The notes under the pieces are model-generated. The model did no database searches. It had not been told where the DNA came from and saw nothing but the letters and a program-made list of their open reading frames with translations. A stretch of 64,000 bases of DNA, taken from NCBI GenBank assembly GCA_038227995.1, contig JBBRPP010000002.1, positions 159,416-223,415 of the forward strand, in the 5' to 3' direction. This document shows, piece by piece, positions 28,873 through 39,750 of this stretch; positions within the stretch are counted from its first letter, which is position 1; each line of letters begins with the position of its first letter. Both the position numbers and the translations under genes were made by a program. The stretch comes from Acidimicrobiales bacterium (GTDB taxonomy: Bacteria > Actinomycetota > Acidimicrobiia > Acidimicrobiales > Ilumatobacteraceae).

Positions 28873-29709
28873 ATGGCCACCGCGCACAATGGCGACTGCA
28901 CGATCTTCTACGAGACGTTCGGCGATCCCGCCGATCCGGCGCTGCTGATGGTCAACGGCCTCGGGAGCCAATGCATCAACTACAAGGACGAGTGGTGCGA
29001 ACGCTTTGCCGCGCGAGGTCTGTTCGTGATCCGGTTCGACAACCGCGACATGGGATTGTCGACGCACTACAGCGACGCGCCGGTCGGCGACAAGGGCGAG
29101 TGCTATCGCCTGTCGGACATGGCCGCCGACGCGATCGCGGTGCTCGACGACATGGACATCGCGGCCACGCACGTCATGGGCTTGTCGATGGGCGGAATGA
29201 TCGTGCAGACGCTGGCGATCGAACACCCTGACCGCGTGCTCTCACTGACGTCGGTGATGTCCAACACCGGTGAGCCCGAATACGGCGCACCCACCGGGCG
29301 GGCGCTGGAGATGTTGATGGCACCTCCCGCCACGGATCGCGCGACCTCGATTCAGCGCGCCATCGACGGGCTGCACGCGTGGGGCAGTCCCGCATTCGCC
29401 GACGAAGGCCGCTGGGCCGACGACGCCGCGGCGGCGTTCGACCGCTGCTTCGACCCGGCCGGAACGACCCGCCAGTTCCTGGCCGTGCGCGCGTCCGGAT
29501 CGCGTGCCGCCCAACTGCGCGACGTCACCGCGCGCACGCTGGTGATGCACGGCGACAAGGACACGCTGATCGATCAGAGCGGTGGCCGGCGCACAGCCGA
29601 ACTGATCCCTGGCGCGCGTTTCGAACTGATCGAGGGCATGGGCCACGACTATCCCCCACAGCTGTGGGATCGATGGGTCGATCTCGTGGTCGGCCACGCC
29701 CTCGGGTGA
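28873..29709 (+). CDS. Alpha/beta-fold hydrolase.
   Basis: Nucleophile elbow GLSMGG. HGDKD...GMGHD C-terminal catalytic His region. Trimmed to ATG 28873. Confidence 0.8.
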   Translation: MATAHNGDCTIFYETFGDPADPALLMVNGLGSQCINYKDEWCERFAARGLFVIRFDNRDMGLSTHYSDAPVGDKGECYRLSDMAADAIAVLDDMDIAATHVMGLSMGGMIVQTLAIEHPDRVLSLTSVMSNTGEPEYGAPTGRALEMLMAPPATDRATSIQRAIDGLHAWGSPAFADEGRWADDAAAAFDRCFDPAGTTRQFLAVRASGSRAAQLRDVTARTLVMHGDKDTLIDQSGGRRTAELIPGARFELIEGMGHDYPPQLWDRWVDLVVGHALG

Positions 29710-29820
29710 CTGCGGCCGCGTCATTACCCAACGGGTAATCGCTTCACCGAAGCGTTCGGCGCACAGTGATCTCCACCACACCGCAGCCGGATCGGCGGCG
29801 GTCGACACACGGAGACACTG

Positions 29821-30192
29821 ATGAACGACCTGGCATCCACCATCGACACGCACCTCGAGGCCTACGGCGAGACAGACGTCGCCCGCCGAGCGAGCCTGAT
29901 CAAGCAGGTGTGGTCGCCAACCGGCGTCCTCGCCGATCCTCCCATCGACGGTGCCGGACACGACGGCATCAACGACATGCTCGGCATGGTGCAGAGCCAG
30001 TTCCCCGGCCACACGTTCCGGCGGACGTCGGAGATCGACACGCATCACGGCATCGCCCGCTACGGCTGGAAGATGGTGGCCGCGGACGGCTCGGTGAGCC
30101 TGACCGGCATGGACGTCGCCGAGCTCGACGTCGACGGCAAACTCGCCCGTGTGGCCGGGTTCTTCGGCGATCTGCCGGCGCGTGCCGAGTAG
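29821..30192 (+). CDS. SnoaL-like / NTF2-fold small protein.
   Basis: 123 aa. Sequence pattern typical of SnoaL-like polyketide cyclase / NTF2-fold domain. ATG at 29821. Confidence 0.55.
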   Translation: MNDLASTIDTHLEAYGETDVARRASLIKQVWSPTGVLADPPIDGAGHDGINDMLGMVQSQFPGHTFRRTSEIDTHHGIARYGWKMVAADGSVSLTGMDVAELDVDGKLARVAGFFGDLPARAE

Positions 30193-30250
30193 CGGATTGC
30201 ACCCGCACACAGCGACGGCCACGTCCGGACAGTCCGGTTACCGTAGGCGG

Positions 30251-31033
30251 ATGACATCGCCCGGCGCCGGTCCGCTGCTGAAGGACTGGCGCAGCCGGCG
30301 GCGGCTGAGCCAGATGGATCTCGCTATCGAAGCCGGGGTGTCGACCAAACACCTCAGCTTCGTCGAGACCGGTCGATCGAAGCCCAGCCGCGAGTTGCTG
30401 TTGACCCTGGCCAAACACCTCGACGTCCCGTTGCGCGATCGCAATTCGCTGCTGCTCGCCGCGGGCTACGCGCCGCGCTATCGCGAGACGTCGATCGACG
30501 ACCCAGCGATGCAACGGATCACGGCATCACTGCAGCGGCTGCTCGCCGCACACGACCCGTATCCGGGCGTCGCATTGGATCGGCGGTGGAACGTCGTGCT
30601 CGCCAACGAGGCCGCCGGCCGGCTGGTCAGCACGCTGCCAGCCCATGTGTTGACGCCGACCGTCAACATCTTCCGCGCCAGCCTGCACCCCGACGGTCTT
30701 GCCGCGGTCACCCTCAACTTCGCCGAGTGGGCCTCCTATCTGTTGACCCAGCTGCGCCGGCTCGTCGCAGCGAGCGGCGACGAGCAATCGGCTGCGCTGG
30801 AACGCGAGGTCCTGGCCTACCCGAACGTGATCGAGCTCATCGCCAATGGTCTGGATCCCGCCGACGAAACGCCGCTGCTGATCCCGTGCCGGCTGCTGAT
30901 CGGTGGCGTCGAATTGTCGTTGTTCACCACACTCAACACGTTCGGCACGCCACGCGACATCACGTTGGAAGAGTTGGTGATCGAGCTGTTCTTTCCCGCC
31001 GACGACGCAACCGAAGCGATCCTGCGCGCCTGA
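30251..31033 (+). CDS. XRE-family HTH regulator with MmyB-like C-terminal domain.
   Basis: HTH LSQMDLAIEAGVSTKHLSFVETGRSKPSRELLLTLAKHLDV followed by the MmyB-type ligand domain pattern. ATG at 30251. Confidence 0.75.
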   Translation: MTSPGAGPLLKDWRSRRRLSQMDLAIEAGVSTKHLSFVETGRSKPSRELLLTLAKHLDVPLRDRNSLLLAAGYAPRYRETSIDDPAMQRITASLQRLLAAHDPYPGVALDRRWNVVLANEAAGRLVSTLPAHVLTPTVNIFRASLHPDGLAAVTLNFAEWASYLLTQLRRLVAASGDEQSAALEREVLAYPNVIELIANGLDPADETPLLIPCRLLIGGVELSLFTTLNTFGTPRDITLEELVIELFFPADDATEAILRA

Positions 31034-31041
31034 TGCAGGGG

Positions 31042-31260
31042 TCAGAAGACCCCGATCGCCGTCACGTACAGCGTGCGAGCCGGCGCAGCGCTGACGATCA
31101 GCACCTGCTGGCCCTTCTCGATCACTTCGGCGCCATCGGCCGGGCGAGCGAAGTACGTCTCCGTGCCTCCGCGCACGTGCACGCTCACCTCGCCCACCGT
31201 CCCCGGACCGACGCGACCGGTCACGGTCGCGGTCTTACCCACCAATCGCTGTTCAGACAT
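31042..31260 (-). CDS. NfeD-like short-form OB-fold protein (flotillin-associated).
   Basis: 72 aa, GKTATVTGRVGPGTVGEVSVHVRGGTETYFARP... is the NfeD C-terminal beta-barrel pattern. Immediately downstream of flotillin. Confidence 0.7.
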   Translation of the reverse strand: MSEQRLVGKTATVTGRVGPGTVGEVSVHVRGGTETYFARPADGAEVIEKGQQVLIVSAAPARTLYVTAIGVF

Positions 31261-31273
31261 CGTGTGATCGGTC

Positions 31274-32728
31274 TCAGTGCTCGGTCGACCCGTTGTCGCT
31301 TGTCGCCGGGCTCACCAACGTCAGGTCCGCGGGCGACGCTGCTTGCGGCATCGGCGGCGGCGGGGCATCGGCGGCGACGCCTTTCGGGACGAACAGGCCA
31401 CGCAGGAACTCGAAGCTGGCCATGCCGGTGGAGGCGACTTCCATCAGGGCCCGGTTGACGCCTGCCGCCCCATCGAGGACGGTGAAGTTCTTGACGTGAG
31501 CAAATGCTCCGGCAGCTTCGCGAACGACGTCGGGCCAGTGCTCGGCCAGGCTCTGCATCGCAACGGCCTCTGGGTTGGTGGCCAAGGCCTCGGCGCGAGC
31601 CTTGATCGTCTTGGCCTCGGCGAGACCACGAGCCTCGATCGCTTCACCTTCGGCCATGCCTCGCGCTTTGGTCGCGTCGGCCTCGGCCAGGCCGGTGGCG
31701 CGGGTTGCGGTTGCCTTCGCTTCGGCTTCCAGGGTCGTGCGCTTGGCTTGGCCTTCCGCGGTCAGCTCGGCAACACGGCTGGCCGCTTGAGCCGTCGCGA
31801 TGTCGGCGTCACGCTTGGCCTCGGCCGGGCGGATGACGGTGGCGACGAGCACCTGCTGCTGCTTGGCGGCTTCCAGCTGCGCGGTGCGGGTCTCTTGCTC
31901 GACGACGTTCTGGCGGGCTGACGCCTGGGCCAGCGGGCCGGCCTGGGCAGCCTCGGCGTTGGCCTTGTCGACCTCGGCCTGGAACCCGGCCTCCTTGATC
32001 GCCGCGTTGCGCTGTGCTTCGGCCTTGAGTGCGTTGGCCTGCTGTTCCCGCTCGGTTGCTTCGCGGTCGGCGTCGGCCTGCGCAATACGAGCGGCGCTGG
32101 CAACGGCGGCCGTGTGCGGCATCGCCAGGTTCTTGATGTAACCGGTGGGGTCGTCGATCTCCTGGATCTGCAGTGAGTCGATGATCAAGCCGAGCTTGGT
32201 CATCTCCGAGCCTGATGCCTCACGGGTACGGGCGGTGAGCTGCTCGCGGTCGCGGATCATGTCCTCGACGGTCATCGAGCCCACGATCGAGCGCAGGTGG
32301 CCGGCGAACACGTTGTGGACGCGCTGGTCCATCTTGTCCTGCTGGTCGAGGAAGCGGCGGGCCGCGTTGGTGATGCTGCCCGGATCGTCGCCGATCTTGA
32401 AGATCACCGTGCCGCTCACGTGCACCGGAATGCCCTGATGCGTGACGCAGTCGACCTGGAGATCGGCTTGGTGCAGATCGAGTGACAGTCGACGAACGGC
32501 CTGCACGCCCGGCACGACGAGCGTGCCCTTGCCGGTGACGATGCGGAAACCCATCTCGTCGCCCGACGAGTCCTTGGCGATGCCCTTGTCGCGGAGGCCG
32601 GAGATGATCAGCGCCTCGTTGGGCTCTGCGACACGCCACATCGCCTTGAACAAAAGGATCACAACGATGATCACGCCGACGACCACAGCGGCCGGAACGA
32701 TGATGACGGAACTTGCTGCCAGATTCAT
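31274..32728 (-). CDS. Flotillin-family (SPFH/band-7) protein.
   Basis: N-terminal TM, SPFH domain, long Ala/Glu-rich coiled coil (EAEAKATATRATGLAEADATKARGMAEGEAIEARG). ATG at 32728 with AGGAGGG 6 nt upstream. Confidence 0.85.
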   Translation of the reverse strand: MNLAASSVIIVPAAVVVGVIIVVILLFKAMWRVAEPNEALIISGLRDKGIAKDSSGDEMGFRIVTGKGTLVVPGVQAVRRLSLDLHQADLQVDCVTHQGIPVHVSGTVIFKIGDDPGSITNAARRFLDQQDKMDQRVHNVFAGHLRSIVGSMTVEDMIRDREQLTARTREASGSEMTKLGLIIDSLQIQEIDDPTGYIKNLAMPHTAAVASAARIAQADADREATEREQQANALKAEAQRNAAIKEAGFQAEVDKANAEAAQAGPLAQASARQNVVEQETRTAQLEAAKQQQVLVATVIRPAEAKRDADIATAQAASRVAELTAEGQAKRTTLEAEAKATATRATGLAEADATKARGMAEGEAIEARGLAEAKTIKARAEALATNPEAVAMQSLAEHWPDVVREAAGAFAHVKNFTVLDGAAGVNRALMEVASTGMASFEFLRGLFVPKGVAADAPPPPMPQAASPADLTLVSPATSDNGSTEH

Positions 32729-32989
32729 GGCACCCTCCTGGTTCCGCCGGACGACCGACGGTGAGGCGAGCATAGGCCTGGAACTTTCGAACGCGTCGAT
32801 GAATCTGGGCGGGTAATTTCCCCAAGAGACCGCATCGACCAGGCAACAAATCCAGACGCTCAGATCCCATCTGGTACAGCTGAACCGGGAATCGCTCACC
32901 CCCCGCCGACGGGGAACGCGGTGAGATCGGCGATCCGCGCCGGCACACCCATCTGAAGACGACCTGGCTGCAGTTGTAGCATCGCCGCG

Positions 32990-34078
<1,089 letters not shown>

Positions 34079-34154
34079 CCAATCTGTCACTCGTGGGTGG
34101 GCGCGCTGAGCGCGTCATGACGCGCCGAGCGCGCCCACGGACTTCGCCAACGGC

Positions 34155-35009
34155 TTACCAGGATGCGAGTTCTTTGAGGCTGCTCTCGCCCGCGTTGGAA
34201 TCGCCGGACCGGCGGTGCATCAGACGCATGATCGCGAACACGACGACGAGCGCGAGCAGCGATGCCACCAGCATGACGGTGGCCAGTGCGTTGAGGGCCG
34301 GCGTGGCGCCGCCGCGAACCGAGCCGTAGATCGCGACCGGCACGGTCTCGGAGCCCGCGCCCGACGACAACAGCGACGACACCACGAAGTCGTCGATGGA
34401 CGTCGCGAACACCAGCACGGCAGCCGCGAACACGGCCGGCGTCAGCAGCGGCATCACGACCATTCGCAACGCCTGCAGCGGCGTGGCGCCGAGGTCTCGC
34501 GCTGCTTCCTCGAGATCGGGTCCGATCGACAGCAATCGACCGCGCACCACGATCACGACGTAGGTGAGCGAGAACGTGACGTGACCGACGAGCTGCGCCG
34601 GTCGACCGAGTGACAGGAACGAGTAGCCGTTGGTGACGACGAGGAACAGCGCGGTGCCGACGACGAGCTCGGGTGTGATCAGTGGCAACAGCAACACGCC
34701 GTTGGCGACCTGCGCCGGCCGGCTGCGCCAGCGCGTGAGACCAATCGCCAGCCCCACACCGATGGGTGTCGCGATCAGGATCGTGAGCGCGGCGAGGACC
34801 AGGCTGTTGCGCAGATCGGTGCGGTACTGCAGGTCGTGCCACACCGACGAGAACTTGTCGCCCCAGTACCACCGGAACGAGAAGCCCTGCCACGTCGAGC
34901 GGCTGCGGCCGGAGTTGAAGCTGAACAGCACCGCAATGACGACCGGAACGAGGCTCCACAGCACGTACATCCCGGTGAAGAACGCGAGGAACTTGGGCGT
35001 GCGCTTCAT
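34155..35009 (-). CDS. ABC transporter permease (PotC-like).
   Basis: 6-TM profile with EAA-type loop (LEEAARDLGATPLQALRMVV). Confidence 0.85.
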   Translation of the reverse strand: MKRTPKFLAFFTGMYVLWSLVPVVIAVLFSFNSGRSRSTWQGFSFRWYWGDKFSSVWHDLQYRTDLRNSLVLAALTILIATPIGVGLAIGLTRWRSRPAQVANGVLLLPLITPELVVGTALFLVVTNGYSFLSLGRPAQLVGHVTFSLTYVVIVVRGRLLSIGPDLEEAARDLGATPLQALRMVVMPLLTPAVFAAAVLVFATSIDDFVVSSLLSSGAGSETVPVAIYGSVRGGATPALNALATVMLVASLLALVVVFAIMRLMHRRSGDSNAGESSLKELASW

Positions 35010-35022
35010 CGACAGACCGGCT

Positions 35023-35922
35023 TCATCGCGTCACCAGCTTCTGGGCCCGACTGACGCTGACCAGGTAGCCGGCCATCGCGATCAGGAGCACGACCGACAG
35101 GATCAACACCAACGACGCACCGATCTGGGGCTGCGTGGTGTCCTGCAGGAAGTACACGATCTGGTTGCCGATCATCGCCGTCTTGGGGGACGCCGAGAGC
35201 AGCGCGTTCGTGTAGTAGTCGCCGACCATCGGCAGCGCGGTGATGACCGAGGCGGCCACGAGACCTTGGTACGAGAGCGGGACGATGACCCGCCAGAACG
35301 ACTGCTTGCTCGTCGCGCCCAGGTCACGCGCGGCCTCCAGCAGCCGGCCGTCGATCCGGTCGAGCGTGGCGTACAACGGCAGGATGAAAAACGGCACGTA
35401 GCCGTAGACCAGCCCGAAGACGACGGTGATCGGCTGGCCGCTCAGCCATGCTCGATCGCCACCCGGCAACGTCGTCAGCGCCCGGGCGACCCAGCCCTGC
35501 GGCTGCAGCAGGTTGACCCACGCCAGCATCCGCATCAGGTAGCTGACCCAGAACGGCAGGATCATCAGCGCCAACAACGCTGCCCGCCACCGGCCGGCGT
35601 GGCGGCTGACGAAGTACGCGACCGGGTACCCGACCGCGATGCAGCCCGCCACAGCGACGACGACATAGACGAGCGTGCGAACGAAGACGGTGCGCAGATC
35701 GCCGCTGACCACGCGGTGGAACACGTCACTGAACGAGTCGAACTGCCAGTAGCGCGGGTTCCATTCCGGAGCAGCCGTCTGCAGAATCGGGTCGATCCGC
35801 CCGAACGCAACGGCAGCGACGGCATAGAACGGCACGACGAAGAACATCGCCATCCATGCGATGCCGGGTGTGGCGAGGCCCGCCCACAACCAGTTCAGTT
35901 GCTGTCGTCGTGTCCGTGTCAT
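35023..35922 (-). CDS. ABC transporter permease (PotB-like).
   Basis: 6-TM profile, EAA loop LEAARDLGATSKQSFWRVIVPLS. Confidence 0.85.
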   Translation of the reverse strand: MTRTRRQQLNWLWAGLATPGIAWMAMFFVVPFYAVAAVAFGRIDPILQTAAPEWNPRYWQFDSFSDVFHRVVSGDLRTVFVRTLVYVVVAVAGCIAVGYPVAYFVSRHAGRWRAALLALMILPFWVSYLMRMLAWVNLLQPQGWVARALTTLPGGDRAWLSGQPITVVFGLVYGYVPFFILPLYATLDRIDGRLLEAARDLGATSKQSFWRVIVPLSYQGLVAASVITALPMVGDYYTNALLSASPKTAMIGNQIVYFLQDTTQPQIGASLVLILSVVLLIAMAGYLVSVSRAQKLVTR

Positions 35923-35934
35923 CGGTGACCGAAC

Positions 35935-37134
35935 CTATGAGCCCGTGTTGATCGAGCTCCAGGTGTTCTGCCACAACGTGTCGACAGCCGCTGGCAGGGC
36001 ATCGATGCGCAGACCCTTGGCGAAGTCGTCGGCCGTCACGAGCGCGTTCGCGAGGTTCTTCGGGATCGTGCCGTCGGCGATCAGCGTCTCGGCCTCGAAC
36101 CCCCTCAACGTGCTCTGATAGCCGATGTAGGCCTGGTTGATCTTGGCGTTCGCGGGATCGAGCATGAAGTTGATGAACTCGTGTGCCAACGCCGGATGCT
36201 GGGCCTTGCGCATGATCGAGATCGTGTCGTTGTTGATCACCCGCTTGGCGATCGGTGGTGTCCAATAGCCCAGCGTCTCCGGCCCCGTGCCGGCGGGCAG
36301 GTAGCCGACGGCCAACAGCATGTCGCCGCTCCACAGTTGATTGACCTTGGTCGTTGCTTCGGGAATGTTCTGATAGCCGAGCACGTCGATGCGCGGGTTG
36401 GTCGCGGTGAGCATCTTCTTCAGTTCGGCCTTGGCCGCAGCGATGTCGGCGGCCTTGGTCGTGTTGATGTCGTCGATGCCAGCGTGCTGCAGCCCGAGGC
36501 CGATCGCCTCGCGATACGAATCGAGCAGACCCACCGCGCCCGTGTACTGCGCGTCCCACATCGCGTCCCAACCGTTGTCGCCGGTGAGCGGCGCCTTGAC
36601 GAGATCGGTGCGGAATCCGATGCCGGTGGAGAACACCGTGTACGGCACCGTGTACTGCGCGCCCTGATCGTAGAACGGGTCCTTGACGCTGTCCCACAGG
36701 TTGTCGAAGTTGGTCAGGTAGCTCTTCTGCAGCGGCTGGAGCAGATCGGAGGCAACGTATTTCGGCAACAGATCGACCGCCGTCGACAGCAGCAGGTCGA
36801 CGTTGAACGCTCCGCTGGCGATCTTGCTCAACGCCTCGACGTCGGTCGCGAACGTGCTGACCTCGACAGCTGCGCCCGTCTGCTGCTTGAACTTGTCGAG
36901 CAGCTCCGGAGCGACGTAGTCGGCGTAGTTGGCGATGCGCAGCGAGCCCGCCTCACGGCTGGTGCCGGACTTGATCGGCTGATTGCTCGACGAGACCTTG
37001 AGCGTGACCGGCTTGTCCGGCGATGCGATCTGCAACGTGTTCGACGTGCTCGACGAGCCACGGCTGCCGCACGCGGTGAGACCAGCCGCGCCGAGACCTG
37101 CTGCCGACAGTGCGAGGAAATGCCGGCGACTCAT
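35935..37134 (-). CDS. Polyamine ABC transporter substrate-binding lipoprotein (PotD/PotF-like).
   Basis: MSRRHFLALSAAGLGAAGLTACGS (Tat/lipobox). Periplasmic binding fold pattern. Track ORF trimmed to ATG 37134. Confidence 0.8.
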   Translation of the reverse strand: MSRRHFLALSAAGLGAAGLTACGSRGSSSTSNTLQIASPDKPVTLKVSSSNQPIKSGTSREAGSLRIANYADYVAPELLDKFKQQTGAAVEVSTFATDVEALSKIASGAFNVDLLLSTAVDLLPKYVASDLLQPLQKSYLTNFDNLWDSVKDPFYDQGAQYTVPYTVFSTGIGFRTDLVKAPLTGDNGWDAMWDAQYTGAVGLLDSYREAIGLGLQHAGIDDINTTKAADIAAAKAELKKMLTATNPRIDVLGYQNIPEATTKVNQLWSGDMLLAVGYLPAGTGPETLGYWTPPIAKRVINNDTISIMRKAQHPALAHEFINFMLDPANAKINQAYIGYQSTLRGFEAETLIADGTIPKNLANALVTADDFAKGLRIDALPAAVDTLWQNTWSSINTGS

Positions 37135-37284
37135 TGGATGTGGCACGACGGTGGACTCCCTGGCAGCGGCTCGAGTTCGCCCACCATAGCAATCCGTCGC
37201 AGAGCGATCGGCAGGGCCTGGACCTGGTCGGGCCGCTTCTCCACCGCCACTAGCCTGATCGGGGACACAGAGGAACCAGCGACC

Positions 37285-38397
37285 ATGAGCACGCCAATCC
37301 ACCAGGCACCGGCTTTCACCTTGGCCGGTAACGACTACCACGACGCAGCGGTGTTCGACGCCGAACGTCGCAACATCTTCCACGGCAACTGGTTCTACGT
37401 CGGGCGCGCCGACCCGCTGGCGCCCGGCGACCGGTTGGTCGTCGACGTCGCCGGTGAGAGCGTGCTCATCGTGTGCGATCGCGACGGCACGCTGTACGCC
37501 CACGCCAACGTCTGTCGTCATCGTGGAGCGCAACTGTGCGCCGAGAGCGGCAGCGGGGCGAAGGGTTCGATCACGTGTCCGTATCACGCGTTCAGCTACG
37601 CGCTCGACGGTCGGCTGATCGCGACCCCGAACGTCGACGCGAACGAACTCGATCGCGACGAGCTGTCACTCTGGTCGATCGCGCTCGAGGTCTGGCAGGG
37701 CTTCATCTTCGTCAACCTCGCTGCTGAGCCGCAGCCATTGCTGGACTGGTTCGGCGCCCATCCCGACTCATCGCCGCTGCACTTCGGTCGCCACGACATG
37801 GCCGGACTTCGCGTCGGACGGCGCACCGAGTCCGAGGTCGAGACGAACTGGAAGATCCTCAACGAGAACTACATGGAATGCCTGCACTGCCCGCGGGTTC
37901 ATCCGGAACTCGTCGACATCGTGCCGTTCTATCGCGACGGTGCGGTGGTCGATCCGAGCCGCACCGATGGCGGCGTCGCGCTGATCCCCGGCGGCACGGG
38001 TTTCAGTCCCGGTGCTCGATCGCGCCTGCCGCTGCTGCCGACGATGTCGCCCGCGGATGGCGAGGAGTACTTCGGTCTCGCCGTGTTCCCGAACATGCTG
38101 CTCGACGTCACCGGCACCTGCATCATCGCCACCGCGATGTACCCGCGTTCGGCGACCCACACCAGCGTTGTGACCGAGTACCTCTTCGCGCCCGACACGA
38201 TCGCCGCGGCGGGCTTCGATCCCAGCGAGGTGGTCGACTTCAACGAACTCGTCGCCAGTCAGGACTACGCCGTGTGCGAGATGGTGCAGCGCGGTGTGCA
38301 GTCGAGCCGCTTCACCCACGGTGTGCTGACCACGAAGGACGCGCTGATCATCGACGTCAACGCCCGTTACCTGGCCGAGCGCGGACCGGTCGACTGA
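37285..38397 (+). CDS. Rieske [2Fe-2S] ring-hydroxylating oxygenase alpha-subunit-like protein.
   Basis: Rieske motif CRHRG...CPYH. Mononuclear-iron region ENYMECLHCPRVH. ATG at 37285 with AGAGGA upstream. Confidence 0.75.
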   Translation: MSTPIHQAPAFTLAGNDYHDAAVFDAERRNIFHGNWFYVGRADPLAPGDRLVVDVAGESVLIVCDRDGTLYAHANVCRHRGAQLCAESGSGAKGSITCPYHAFSYALDGRLIATPNVDANELDRDELSLWSIALEVWQGFIFVNLAAEPQPLLDWFGAHPDSSPLHFGRHDMAGLRVGRRTESEVETNWKILNENYMECLHCPRVHPELVDIVPFYRDGAVVDPSRTDGGVALIPGGTGFSPGARSRLPLLPTMSPADGEEYFGLAVFPNMLLDVTGTCIIATAMYPRSATHTSVVTEYLFAPDTIAAAGFDPSEVVDFNELVASQDYAVCEMVQRGVQSSRFTHGVLTTKDALIIDVNARYLAERGPVD

Positions 38398-38442
38398 CCG
38401 GATTGACTCGACCGACCTGGCAGACCCGGCGCGCCCATCGGC

Positions 38443-39699
38443 CTACGCAGCGGCGCGAGTGCGGCGAAGGATCGGGTCGGCCAGGCGCAGTGCACCGTCG
38501 GCGAGGCGCATCACACGGCCGGCAGCTCCGGGTGTCGCGCCGTCGATCAGGTTGCCCATCACCGACAACGTCACGTTCGCTGCAGCCTGCGTGCCGACCG
38601 CGACACGGAGTCCGTTGCGCAGCAGGAACGGATGACCGATGATGAAGCTGAACCGTCGCCCGGTGCGCAGGAACGCGTCGAACCGCTCACCCACCAACTG
38701 GTCGTACACGTCTGGCGCGGTCGACGGATTGGCCAGGAAGAGATCGGCCGCCAGGGTGCCACTCTCCAGCCCGTAGTCGATGCCTTCGCCGTTCATCGGG
38801 TTGACGAAGCCGGCAGCGTCGCCGACAGCGACCCAGCCGGCACCGTGGCGGCGGATGCTGCTCATCGGCAGCCGCCACGCGCGTGGCTTGTCGAGGTACG
38901 GACCGAGCGACCAGGGCTCGTTGACGATCGCGGCGTACTGGTCGAGCAGTGTGTTGAGGTTGAGCTTCTTGAAGCCCTGCATCGTGCTGAGCGCGCCGAC
39001 GCCGATGTTGACCGTGCCATCGCCGGCCGGGAACATCCACCCGTATCCGGGAACGGGTGTGCCGTGCTCGTCGCGCAACGACAGGCACGCTTCGAGGTGG
39101 CGCTCGGCGTGGCGCGGACTCTCGGCATACGCGCGGATCGCGAGACCGAACGGCTCGTTGGGGTCGCGTTCGGCCCCCAGCATCTTCGCAGCGGCGCCCT
39201 GCGCGCCGGCGGCGAGAACGGTGAGTGGCGCGGCGTACGTTGCCCCATTTGCAGCGACACCCGTGACCTGATCGCCCTCCATCACGGGCAGCGCCTCGTG
39301 ATCGAACAACACCTCGGCGCCGGCCTGGATCGCGAGATCGATGAGGTACGTGTCGAACAGCCGCCGCGGCCATACGGCGCCGTAGTTGGGGAAACGGTCC
39401 GTTGTCGGCCACGCGAGTTCACGCGTGGTCTTGCCGGCGATCATGCGCAGTCCGTCGATGCGATGGGCGGGGCTGATGTCGATGTCGAGCTCGTCCAACG
39501 CGGCGACGGCGCGAGGGGTGAGGCCGTCGCCGCACACCTTGTCGCGCCCGTGCGGACCTTTCTCGAAGACCGTCACACGGGCGCCGGCACGGGCGGCACG
39601 GATCGCCGTCGCTGCGCCTGCCGGGCCGCCACCGATCACGAGCAGGTCGCGTTGGTTCACAGCTCCCAGCCTGCCAGCCGCCGACGCCGAACCCTCCAC
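38443..39699 (-). CDS. Geranylgeranyl-reductase-family FAD-dependent oxidoreductase.
   Basis: Rossmann LLVIGGGPAGAATAIRAARAG. GDAAG FAD motif (VGDAAGFVNP). GTG start, so exact start uncertain. Confidence 0.75.
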   Translation of the reverse strand: MEGSASAAGRLGAVNQRDLLVIGGGPAGAATAIRAARAGARVTVFEKGPHGRDKVCGDGLTPRAVAALDELDIDISPAHRIDGLRMIAGKTTRELAWPTTDRFPNYGAVWPRRLFDTYLIDLAIQAGAEVLFDHEALPVMEGDQVTGVAANGATYAAPLTVLAAGAQGAAAKMLGAERDPNEPFGLAIRAYAESPRHAERHLEACLSLRDEHGTPVPGYGWMFPAGDGTVNIGVGALSTMQGFKKLNLNTLLDQYAAIVNEPWSLGPYLDKPRAWRLPMSSIRRHGAGWVAVGDAAGFVNPMNGEGIDYGLESGTLAADLFLANPSTAPDVYDQLVGERFDAFLRTGRRFSFIIGHPFLLRNGLRVAVGTQAAANVTLSVMGNLIDGATPGAAGRVMRLADGALRLADPILRRTRAAA

Positions 39700-39750
39700 G
39701 GATCGCAGGGGTTCCCGGTCACACCAGCGCTCAGTTGTCCTCGGCTGTAC

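Noticed and set aside
28795-29226. Upstream extension of the zinc-ribbon ORF (212 aa in track)
   Set aside because: The extension is antisense to the alpha/beta-hydrolase 5' end and Arg/His/Val-rich. Only the last 68 aa, from MELVTEADATSFVCPRCH, look protein-like. Even that is kept at low confidence.
29242-30222. 326-aa minus ORF
   Set aside because: Antisense to the hydrolase and SnoaL-like genes. No motifs.
36181-37284. Upstream 368-aa extension of the Rieske oxygenase ORF (track 36181..38397)
   Set aside because: Antisense to the polyamine SBP gene. The Rieske protein begins at ATG 37285, which has an RBS.
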